This document shows positions 52,871 through 64,000 of a DNA stretch of 64,000 bases, in pieces. Source of the stretch: Somniosus microcephalus (Eukaryota); contig CM126232.1 in the NCBI GenBank assembly GCA_052327205.1, positions 27,094,001-27,158,000 on the forward strand, read 5' to 3'. The number at the start of each line of letters is the position of its first letter. The stretch's first letter is position 1. The notes beneath the pieces are model-generated. The model saw only the letters and a program-made list of their open reading frames with translations, was not told where the DNA came from and made no database searches. Made by a program: the position numbers and the translations under genes.

Positions 52871-52994
52871 AAGAGTTGTATCCCGTAGCATCCAATGAGG
52901 AGCAGAGAGATTACATCTACCTGGCGGTGGGAAATTAACAGCTGAAGGCGAGTGACTGAAGCTCAGTGTTCCCATCACCTCCGGGTCTGGGATC

Positions 52995-53670
52995 CTGGCA
53001 GTATAGGTAGACAAATCACTAAAAGTAGCGGCACAGGTGAATAAAGTCATAAAAATAGAAAACAAAGCACGGAGGTTCATTTCTAGAGGGATAGAATTGA
53101 AAAGCAGAGACGTCATGTTAAACTTGTATAGAACCTTGGTTAGACTACACACTGGGCACAGTTCTGGTCCCCGTATTATAAAAAGGATAGAGACACTGGA
53201 GAAGGTGCAAAAGGGATTTACAATGACGATACAAGAAACTGAGGGATTATACCCATCAGGAAATAGAGAACAGGCTGGGGCTCTTTGCTCTAGAAAAGAG
53301 ACTGAGGGGTGACCCGATAGAGGTCTTTAAGATTATGAAAAGGTTTGATAGTGAAGACAAAGAGGTTTCCACTTGTGGGGAGACCAGAACTAGAGGCTAT
53401 AAATAAAAGATAGTCACTAATAAATCCAATAGGGAATTCCGAAGAAACTTCTTTACCCAGAGAGTGGTGAGAATGTGGAACTCGCTACCACAGGGAGTGG
53501 TTGAGGCAAATAGTATAGATGTATTTAAGGGGAAGCTAGATAAGCACATGAGGGAGAAGGGAATAGAGGGATATGCTGATGGGGTGAGATGAAGAGGGGT
53601 GGGAGGTTGGTGCGGAGCGCAAACACCAGCACGGACCCTTTGGGCCGGTTTCTGTGCTATAAATACCATG
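52995..53670 (+). mobile_element. CR1 LINE 3' fragment
   Basis: FISRGIELKSRDVMLNLYRTLVR; NFFTQRVVRMWNSLP. Confidence 0.88.
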
Positions 53671-53829
53671 TAAATTAGCTGCTACGTTTGCCTACATAAG
53701 TGACTGCACAATTCAAGTCATTCATTGGCTGTGGAACACTTTGGCATATCCTGAGGATGTGCTATTTAAATATAAGCTCTTGAGCTTACACAGAAGAAAA
53801 ATGGATCTACAAGAACTAAAACTCCTTCA

Positions 53830-54415
53830 CTTCCACCCCACAAAGGGGGGGCTGGAATACAAAGGGGAGGATGTTATTGTACAGAGTCTTGTTCGGATCC
53901 CATCGGAGTACTGTGTTCAGTTTTGGTGCACTGCACCTCAACAGATCTCGGCCTTGGTTGGGGGTGGGGGGGGGGGGGGGTAACAAGGCAGATTCGCTGG
54001 AATGATACCAGGGCTTAAAGGCTTAAATTAGGGAACAAGCATTGCATAAACTTGACCTGTATTCCCTTGAGTTTAGAAGGTCGAGGAGTGATCTAAATTG
54101 AGGTGTTTAAAATTATAACAGGATCAATAGGGTAGATACAGAGAAACTAGTTCCTCTGGTGGAGTAATTCAGGACAGGGCATCATTTTAAAATTAGAGCT
54201 GGGCCATTTAGGAGTGAAATCAGGAAAGGGTGGTGGAAATCTGGAACTCACTCACCTAAAAGGCTGTGGGTCAACTGAAACTTAAGACTGAAATCAGCAT
54301 ATTTTTGTTGGGCAAGGGTTTCAAGGGATACAAGGTGGACAAATGGCGTTGCAGTACAGATCAGCCATGGTCTAACTGAATGGCGGAACAAGCTGAATGC
54401 TCTACTCCTGGTCCT
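53830..54415 (+). mobile_element. Decayed CR1 LINE 3' fragment
   Basis: GLEYKGEDV...EYCVQFW; SLEFRR.R.DL; similar to 47090-47590. Confidence 0.8.
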
Positions 54416-56205
54416 AAACCATACAAGAGGTTTGGTTTGTGTTAGGAGTGAAGATTACTTTAACTTACTGGATAATAAACAGTAAGTTTTTCCCCGATGG
54501 TTCGGTGTGCACAAGGCTTTTACGCTGGTCTCGTTTTAATTCAGATTCTGGAAAACCAGCACCCGTTAGCTAGCTAGCATGCACATTGCTAGATCCAGCT
54601 GGCATGGCTATATCCGGCTCCTTTATACTGACCGCAGACTTGAAGATCCAATTTTGCGTGGGCTACAATTGTACTGCCAGGATAAGTCAATTCAAGTACT
54701 GTGGACTCCAGCAATCAGAAACAGCGAGACAGAACGTGCACTGCATAGTATAAGTGTACTGATTTTCATGGAAACACACATCACAGAACCATAGAAATAT
54801 AGGTCGACCAATGTGCTGTCAACTGCAGAACCACAAAGGTCGTCTGTTCCAGCTCTTTACTGTAGCAATCCCCAACACCATGCTCCTGTTCCCATAGCCC
54901 AGCATTCTCCTCTGCTTCAAATATTTATTCACTTTTCCCCTCAAAAGATGCAAAGCCCTCTGCTTCAACCACCGACAAAGCAGTCCGTGTTCCAATAACT
55001 CAGCAGAAATAATTTTCTCCTAACGTCACTGATGCAAGGAAAAGGTTTATCCCTATTCACTGTTAAAACCCCTCGATGTTATTCTGGCCTCCTCTACTCC
55101 AGTGCTAACAGTTCCAGGATCACCCATGTCTCCCCGCCCCCATTCCTGGCATCACCCTGGTGAATGTATATGTGTACATACTACGTATGACTTTACAACC
55201 TCTCCAGAATGGGGAGCCCAAGCTGGTCTGCGTACACATGTTCCCACAGAGACACTTCAGCAACCTGGGTCTCTGAATTACACTGCAGGGCTCAATGTGA
55301 CTGGCACCTAACTAAAAGCTAAAGTGGAGCACAGTGCAGAGGTCACTCAAGGCAGGAACAGGGGGAAATTGGCAATGCATAACACCTCAGGCCACAGACC
55401 AGTAAGAACCCCAGTTAGACTCCTAGTGTGCACTAAGTTAACTAGTCACTGTCAGGCTAGTGTTAGATGCTGCAATTCATGCCCGAGCCATGGAAGCGAG
55501 TTGGGTGGGGGGGGGGGGGTGATTGTCGCAGTCAGCCAAGATCTCGGTTCTAGTTTTCTGTCCAGTGACCTGTTGAAACATGTGCATGTGAGCACAGAGT
55601 ACAGGACCGGACCTGGCTCCAGCTTCCAGACTCGACTAACATACCATCACTTGCTTTCCAGCCTCACACAAGAGCAATCACTCAGACAAAACGCTGAAGG
55701 GCAGCCAGCACCTGTGAAACAATGTCCAGGCTCGAGTCAGCACCTCCAGGTGGGGTTAAGCAGAGTTACCTCTCTGGCTTGGCCCACTGCCTGAACTGAA
55801 AACAGCTGCAGCAGCACTATGAGCTGTTCGCAGCCAATTTCTGTTCGTTAGTACACAATTCACGCACCAATCCCTTCAAACTGGCCTGTCTTTCACCCAC
55901 ACTTGCATGAACATAGCCTATGAAGCAGTATTATGCACAGATCTTCACTGGACATCTGAAGAGACACCATTAAAGCAATTGTCTGGCATCTATCCTGCCT
56001 TGAAGGTGCCAAGCAGCTATTTTACTGAAACTAGGAGATACACAATTAATCATAAATAAAATGAGCTAGTACCTCTGCACCAAATCTTTTTGTAAAAGTT
56101 ATTGTAGTGAAGAAGCAAACCCTCAAAACCTTGAATACAATTCATCAGCACTCGTACGAAGCTAATCCCAAAAAGGGAAACATTTGCTTTACAATACATA
56201 GAGTA

Positions 56206-56308
56206 ATCTGATGAAAAGGTCATCGACCTGAATCTATCTCTATCCCTACCCTGAGTGTTTCCAGCATGGTTAGTTTATTTTGCAGATTTCCAGCGGTATT
56301 TTGCTTTT
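56206..56308 (+). mobile_element. Penelope-like terminal fragment
   Basis: CTGATGA-AAAGGTC-ATC-GACCT-GAA..., then ctgagtgtttccagcat...gatttccagcggtattttgc. Confidence 0.6.
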
Positions 56309-56635
56309 GACACAGTATTGTGTTTCTCTGGCACAAAAGAAAACTGAAGCTTCAAAAATACATGGTTCCTTTTCATCCATTACCTCAGCATCGAGATATT
56401 CTGTTCCCTCCCACACAATGCACCGATACATCATCCTACATGCAATTCCTCCTCCCTGTTGAAATCAAGGCCCTCGGTACCATCTCCTCCAATTCATTCC
56501 CTTCCCAGGAACTCCCTCGTACCACGTGTGTATCAGCAAGCTGCTCCCAAGAGAGCCAATTGGCCTGGAGAGGTTGGCCAACCTGTACATTTCTGGCACA
56601 CACTTTCTCATTGCCAGTCGATCAGAGCCAAGAGA

Positions 56636-57010
56636 AAAAAACTTGCATTTCTATAGCGCCTTTCACAACCTCAGGACGTCCTAAAGCACTTTACAGCCAA
56701 TGATATACTTTTTGAAGTGTAGTCACTGTTGTAATATAGGAAATGCGGCAGCCAATTTGCGCACAGCAAGCTCCCACAAACCACAATCTGATAATGACCA
56801 AACAATCTGTTTTAGTGATGTTGGTTGAGGGATAAACCTTGGCCCAGGACACCGGGGAGAACTCCCCTGCTCTTCTTCAAAATAGTGGCCGTGGGATCTT
56901 TGACGTCCACCTGAGAGCAGACGGGGCCACGGTTTAACGTCTCATCTGAAAGACGGCACCTCTGACAGTGCAGCACTCCCTGAGCACTGCACTGGGAGCG
57001 TCAGCCTAGA
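56636..57010 (-). mobile_element. DeuSINE (SacSINE1-like), 5'-truncated
   Basis: Very similar to 44685-45040. Confidence 0.88.
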
Positions 57011-57764
57011 GGTATCGGGGAATGGGACGTTGTGGATAACAGAGCCAGCAGAAGCACGATGGCCTCCTTCTGTGCTGAAAAATTCAATGATTATGGGGGA
57101 AAAAATAACAGACAACATTCACAAGCTTTCTCCCACTCATCCAGTTACAACATACTGGCAGATATCAGTTACCCTGTATTAATTCCAGGAATAACACCTG
57201 AACTACATTAATTAGACCTGTCCACAATTGGCAAACCTCTGCACACCTGCAATGCTGGATTTAAATTGTTCAGTATCAAATGTTACAGTAATTAACAGGT
57301 TGTTATACCAGAGAACAAACCTCCTCTTCATTCACCAGTGAAGCCGGTTTCAAGCAGGGCGCCCATGCTCTTGTCTGCACGGAGCCTCTGGGGGCCAAAG
57401 CATTTAAATCCATGTGCCCGTTAATGTGTATTTTCCGATACCAACCAATCGCAACTGGATTTATCCACCAGCGAGGTGATCGCGGTCAGAAACAGCCCTT
57501 CAAAAACCTCCAGGCCCACGGCATTCACACAGGACAAAGCAGCAAGCAAGTGCGTGGAGTAGGACTGGGTCTGCCAAAGGCTGGACTGCCAGGGTTTGGG
57601 AGTCAGAAGTAGCACCAAAGCCACAGATTGCTTTAGAGGGAATGAATGCAAAAAAACAAAACTCAGCCCATTCTGAAATCAGCTGCAATGTTCATTTTCT
57701 AGCCACTGAAGAGAACAAATAGAACTGATCAGCAGTGTTCAGAAAATGTCAGAAATCACTGCAG

Positions 57765-57890
57765 GTCTGTAAAGATCAGAAGGATCTACATCTGAAACAT
57801 GAACCTGTCTCTTCTCAGATGCTGACTAGCCTGTAGAGCATTGCCAACCATTTCTGATTTTATTTCCAATTTCCAGCATTTGTAGTTTCT
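57765..57890 (+). mobile_element. Degraded Penelope-like terminal fragment
   Basis: ctgaaacatgaacctgtctcttctcagatgctgac...atttccagcatttgtag. Confidence 0.5.
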
Positions 57891-59134
57891 TTTCCTTCTT
57901 AAACCCAAGCACCGCTGCCAGAGAGCGGCTGTCACAAAATGAATAATCAGACGCAGCTCTTCCTACACCGAACTCGAGGTGGTCGCTGGTTTTTTTTTTT
58001 TTTTTTTTTTGAGAAGCAGCCAGCCAACATCTCAACGCATGGTGGCTTGGCCAAGGAGCCAAAATGGAACTGAACTGCACGATACATTTCTTCAGACAAA
58101 AGGGTTAAAAAGGCGAGAGACCACTCGGCCAGCAAGCAAGGAGCAGGGTACGAGCAGTCGACAGCGCATCATTCTTTTAAGGGAATCCAGACACCTTAAA
58201 GTCAAAGCCAAACTACACACACGGCAAAATTAATTCACAAAAACAGCTGACTTGCACAGCAAGGTTGTAACAGTCACTAGTGCTCAGAAGGCTTTGCAAA
58301 CTGCTCAAATTCTACTTTTATATGATTTAAGGTCGTTAGCTGAAGCCCTTGGGTACATCCCACCCCTTTATTGCAAAACGCAACATTGGTTCGTTTTTTT
58401 CCACAAAAATTTTTTTCTCTTGCGCGTTGCTGGATTGACTCAGTAGAATGACCTTGCAAGTGCAAAAAAATAAGCCTGTTAAACAAATCGAGAAGCAGAC
58501 ACCTGCCAGTGGTTTCTCAGGGACCTCTGATATGAATTATACATAATTACACACCCCAAACAAATCAGTTTAGGGAAGCCTAGAGGCCAACAACGCAACA
58601 CAGAGACAGAAGTCATTGGTGCAGTGTTACCACACAAAGGGAAACTGGATTACTGACTCATCGTCTAATCAGCTTTCAGAACTGTGCAAAGGGTTAGCCT
58701 ATTATGCAAGCACTATAAAAGTGTGATTTTCGTACAAGTCAGACGAGGAACTAAAGCTCAATAAAGAGCTACACAAATTCCTAGATGTAGCTCAGACATT
58801 ATAATACTCAAGCAGAAGGACAAAGTATGGAGGGGGATGGAACACATGCAATCTTTGATGAATTCTTCTCCTCACTTTAAGGCACCAATTCAACTGGGAT
58901 ATGGATCCGCAGGCATCGGCACATCCTGATCGAGTGCCAACGGGGGAATGCTTTCAGACTATTTGACCTTGGAGGCAATTGTAACCAGGCTCAACATCCC
59001 ATCCACCCCTGCACCTCCCAGGGTCACAGCGGCAATCAGGAGCAGGAACCCTGGCGGATTTCCACTGCCCTGCCCACCCCCCCCCCCCCCCCCAGCTCCT
59101 GAGGCAAGGGACAGAAAGAAAGACAGACAGACAG

Positions 59135-59622
59135 ACCTGCACTTCTATAGCGCTGTTCATGACCACCGGACGTCCCAAGGCACTTTACAACCAGTGAATT
59201 ACTTTTTGAAGTGTAGTCACTGTTGTAATGTAGGAAATACGACAGCCAATTTGCACACAGCAAGCTCCCAAACAGCAGTGGGATAATGACTGGATCATTT
59301 TTATTTTTATTTATTTATTTTTATAAAGAGAGTTCTTGGTTGAGGGATAAATATTGGCCAGGACACCGGGGATAACGCCCCTGCTCTTAGAAATAGTGCC
59401 ATGGGATCTTTTACGTCCACTTGAGAAAGCAGACGAGACCTCGGTTTAACGTCTCATCCCAAAGGCGGCACCTCTGACAATGCAGCACTCCCTCAGCACT
59501 GCACTGGGAGAGTCAGCCTAAACTTTTGTGCTCAAGTCTCTGGAGTGGGACTTGAACCCACAACTTTCTGGCTCAGAGGCAAGAGAGAGAGAGAGTGCTC
59601 CCCACTGAGACACAGCTGACAC
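59135..59622 (-). mobile_element. DeuSINE (SacSINE1-like), near full length
   Basis: Head gtcagctgtgtctcagtggg, B box, Deu domain, L2-like tail. Confidence 0.88.
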
Positions 59623-59754
59623 AGTACAGGCAAGCTGCAGCCCCTACTGACGCCCCAGCTAATGACCAAGAAAACAGGGATGGGGATTGGGGGGGGGGGG
59701 GGGGGGGGGAAATAAAGAATCCAACTTGAAACCTTAAAATCGGTGTATACCAAG

Positions 59755-60460
59755 GCAGAGGGGAGATTTAATGGAGGTGAATAAAATGATGAGGGGCCTA
59801 GATAGAGTGGATAGGAAGGACCTATTTCACCTAGCAGAGGTCAATAACCAGGGGCATAGATTTAAAGTACAGGAAACTTTGATATCCGGCACTGACGGGA
59901 CCGAGCTGGTGCCGTATCAAAAGTGCCGGACATACCAGAGTTAATGTTTAAACATACGGAACTGAGAAGCTCCGTGTGAATCAACAAACACTTGCTTAGC
60001 AACAGCTTCAAAACAGTCAGCTGCAAGCATCTGTAGCTGAAGCTGTTGCTTTAGCTACAGACCTTGCAGTGCTTGACTGGGGGGGGGAAAAAGCAACGAG
60101 AACTAAAAAAAAATAGAAAACGGCTCTGATTTTTGCCATTAGATCGAGTATTCCAGACATATAACTTCCAGATAAACCAAAGTTTCCTGTAATTGTAAAA
60201 GGATTAGAGGGGAGTTGAGGAGAACTTTTTCCACCCAGAGGGTGGTGGGGGTCTGGAACTCACTGCCTGAAAGGGTGGGAGAGGCAGAAACCCTCATCAC
60301 ATTTAAAAAGTACTTGGATATGCTCTTGAAGTGCCGTAACCTACAGGGCTACGGACTGAGCTGGAAAGTGGGATTAGGCTGGAGAGCTCTTTTTCAGCCG
60401 GCACGGACACGATGGGCCGAATGGCCTCCTTCTGTGCCGTAAACATCTCGGATTCTATTC
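59755..60460 (+). mobile_element. CR1 LINE 3' fragment interrupted by MITE copy 6
   Basis: Colinear with 62525-62907 once 59870-60191 is removed. Confidence 0.9.
59870..60189. mobile_element. Tc1/mariner-type MITE, copy 6 (reverse orientation to copies 1-3 and 5)
   Basis: TA|CAGGAAACTTTG ... CAAAGTTTCCTG|TA. Confidence 0.92.
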
Positions 60461-61133
60461 TCTCAGTACTGCGTGTTTAGCTTAACTCATCACATGAAGC
60501 CCCATTCAAGTTTTTTTCTTAAATCGAAGGTTATGTCCCAAGCCATCTGAAATTAGTTTATTATGACTTCACTATTGTGGGAAAAAGCTGCATTTCCACC
60601 GTCTTGGGACCACACTAGCATCGTAAAAGGAAGTCCACTACATAACAAGAGATGCTGCTAACGGCTACTCACTCCTTGCCAAGTTAGCAGTCTAGATCTT
60701 GTTAACTGCTCCCTTACAAATGATGCCTGCTTTTCAAACTCAAGTTCAGGAACAGCAGACACGACCCAACAGCAATACAAAAAGTTTCAATAGGCACAGT
60801 GATTTCAAGCAAAGATTTTTTTCCCCCACCCTCTTGTTACATACCATCAAGTGGCTTTTTACTGATACAGGTCTCAGTAGACCCAAATCATTCCTCCTAC
60901 AAGCAGACTGCATGAGGAAAGAACACTTTATCCAAACATCCTGTAGGGCACCTCTACCATCCTGCACTTCTGGTGCGCAAGCAAGAAAATTGTGTCTGAC
61001 CATCTCAGTGATAAGGTCTTAACCAAACAGACGCCTCATCAGATGCGACATGATGGCATGCTATGTACACTGATCGAAACTGTATTAATGGGCCTCAGAT
61101 TATCCACATTCGGCAATCACCGCCTCCAGATTA

Positions 61134-61349
<216 letters not shown>

Positions 61350-62382
61350 CTAAAAATAAGCACAGTAAAAGGAAAATTGAACACGACAGTACCATGTCGG
61401 TAGAGAATACAATAACGGTTTCAAGAGGCATAACTTAAAACAATAACGTGGGAACAAAATGTAGCCTGGCCTTCAGAAGTAAGCAGCTGAACGTCTCCAA
61501 AGTTGAAATAAGCAATTTCCATTTTCCAACTTTCAATGAAAGTCTCACAATATACAGGACAACAAATCCCGTAAAGATTTCCTTTAGGGTCATGATAGAA
61601 AGCCACTAACGGATTGTTCATTTTGTACAGGCTGTGTCAGCAGCAGGGCAGAGTTTTGCAGGAATCCCTTCAAAAAAAGACAGAGCGACTAGTCTTTAAC
61701 TATCAGCCGCTCTACCCCCTCCCCAATCCAATCCCCCCCCCCCCCCCCCCAACCAAACACAGTAGTCGGTCTTGTACTGTTTGCTCGTATAAACCACCGT
61801 CCTAACTCGCTCACGACAGAACAACTAATTCAAAGTAATTTAGAAAATACCATTTGGCCCATCGAGTCCATCCTTTCCACAGATGTATAATTGATCCCAT
61901 CGTGGACTCCACCCAAACCATCAGTAGAAGCGGCAGCTTTCTCCCTTCATTACTTGCTGGCAGTTCATACCCAAGTTTTTAAGCACAGCCTCCACTGCAT
62001 AAAACGCAACCTCAGGTATTTAAACAGATTTCTTTAAACGACATGCCCTCTGAAGTGAGGACGTCACCTGCCGACTAGGTTACTATCTAAAATAGCTGCC
62101 AGAAAGCACAGGATAGTGAAAGAACTGAATTTCCACCACAATTCAAATTAGCCATCGGAAAACGAGATCTGCCAACGCCAACATTAGCACCTGGAAATCA
62201 GGTCGATGTTAACCTACGAACACTTAGCGCACTCATTGAAGTTTCTCTCCCCACCACTTTAAAAGGAGTGTCAGCCCATTTATTCTAAGCAAATTAAGGC
62301 CTCAGTTCAGGAATTTGATACAAGTGCATTGGGCGGTTGTACAACATCAGCGACAGACTTTTTGTAGTGGAGTGATGCCAAT

Positions 62383-62907
62383 AGAATACTGCGTACAGTT
62401 CTGGTCACCACATTACAGGAAAGATATGATTGCGCTAGAGAGGGCGCAGAGGAGATTTACGAGGATCTTGCCAGGACTGGAGATATCTAGCTATTTTGGT
62501 TGTTTTCTTTGGAACAGGGGAGGCTGAGGGGAGACTTGATTGAGGCGTATAAAATTATGAGGGGCCGAGAAAGCGTGGATAAGGAGGACCTATTTCCCTT
62601 AGTAGGTCAATAACCAGGGGGGCATAGATTTAAAGTAATTGGTAGAAGGGTTAGAGGGGAGTTGAGGAGAACTTTTTTCACCCAGAGGGTGGTGGGGGTC
62701 TGGAACTCACTGCCCAAAAGGGTGATAGAGGCAGAAATCCTCATCACATTTAAAAAGTACTTGGATATGCCCCTGAAGTGCCGTAACCTACAGGGCTACG
62801 GACTGAGCTGGAAAGCAGGATTAGGCTGGATAGCTCTTTGCTGGCCAGCACAGACACGGTGGGCCGAATGGCCTCCTTCTGTGCTGTAACTTTCTACGAT
62901 GCTATGA
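62383..62907 (+). mobile_element. CR1 LINE 3' fragment (same subfamily as 165-957)
   Basis: EYCVQFWSPHYRKDMIALERAQRRFTRILPGL; FFTQRVVGVWNSLP. Confidence 0.92.
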
Positions 62908-64000
62908 TACACTAAGAAACATTATACTTAAGCCAGTGCACTCATGCAATATTCTCAATTTGTCACCTCAAATTGCCTCCCCACCCTGACTACCATCAGT
63001 ACTAGGTCCCAGCATTGGAGCTCAAAATTCTACCCATTTGGAAGGATGAAGTCCAATTGTGCTGGTCTTTTATCCCTCCAGTTCAAATGAACGTTGTACC
63101 CATTTCTTTTCCCCGGATCTACCCTTACGCCTTACCAAGATCCTAATGAATAAAACAACTGTACATCACCGCTGGACTTTTAAAGTTCACGCCACTTACA
63201 CTTAACCAAAATCCAAGTGTCAAGTCTTTCATCGTGATCTTTAAACGTGTAAAATAACAGACAGTAAAAGGGGGGTTCGGGACTATAGGTGGGTTCAGAC
63301 AATCACTTAAGCGCTACTTATGAATTTATAGGAACCCTTCGACAGTCAGCTTTTAAACTCCCTCCTTGGCATCCGTTATTCTACATATAGCATATCGATA
63401 GCAACGCTACAAGAAACCACAAACCATGCTGTTTTTATTGGAAATTTCTGCTTTGAAGTGGAAAGGCTTTGTTATGGTTTTCTGTTAGTTGCTACAGCTT
63501 CAATCGCCTTGAGACAAAATTACGTCAGTCCATGGCTGTGGGATTGGTACGTCCGGGGAGGGAGGGGGGTGAAGAGGAGGAGGGGAATGTCTGATGGTAT
63601 TTTTTAATTTCCACACCCACTCGGATAACCAGGCTGCACAAATCAACACAAACTCTTGATTGAATTGACTGTTCGGAACTTTTCACAAAATGTAAAAACC
63701 AGAGGCCAAAAAAGTAACACAAAAAGCAGGGCAAAAAATTGTTAGCACAGTACAAAAGGATGGAAGTAGCCAGTAACTTACAAGCCCACGAGACAAATCA
63801 GTTTCCGACGAGAAGCTGTACAGATCAACCTTCTTGGATTGGAAGGTCAGCTGCCAAATTAAAATCGCAATGCGTACACAATATAATCCAGTTGGACTGA
63901 TTAAAGGTTTTACGATTACAATTGGGTACGGCAGAATTGTGAATTTAATTAGAGTTTTATTAAGTGTACGATGACATCCCAACCAGGAATCCGAGGTCAT

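Overview
Eukaryotic genomic DNA, almost certainly from a cartilaginous fish (shark or ray), judged by its repeats: HE1-type V-SINEs, HER1/CR1 LINEs and SacSINE1-type DeuSINEs. The window lies inside one minus-strand gene of the ZSWIM4/5/6 family, best matching ZSWIM4. Four internal coding exons are recoverable with GT-AG sites and consistent phases: 20104-20460 (SWIM zinc finger), 14383-14531, 12707-12857 and 4415-4603. The upstream coding exon and the downstream exons lie outside the window, so 20461-64000 appears to be one intron of more than 43 kb. Nearly all other ORFs in the track are spurious or decayed LINE ORF2 fragments. The introns are a mosaic of CR1 and L2 LINE 3' fragments, DeuSINEs, V-SINEs, Penelope-like terminal fragments with hammerhead-ribozyme-like cores, and at least three non-autonomous DNA-transposon (MITE) families with TA, 8-bp and 3-bp target-site duplications (TSDs). 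Points of interest are an RFX X-box-bearing TA-MITE family with in-window empty-site evidence and a hairpin-loop micro-inversion, a Penelope-like palindrome near an exon, a ~200-bp inverted duplication, multi-layer nested insertions, candidate Pbx-Hox/Meis enhancers, and a strand bias of poly-G tracts. I found no convincing new multi-gene system. TE boundaries are approximate, and family assignments are from recalled consensus sequences, not database searches.
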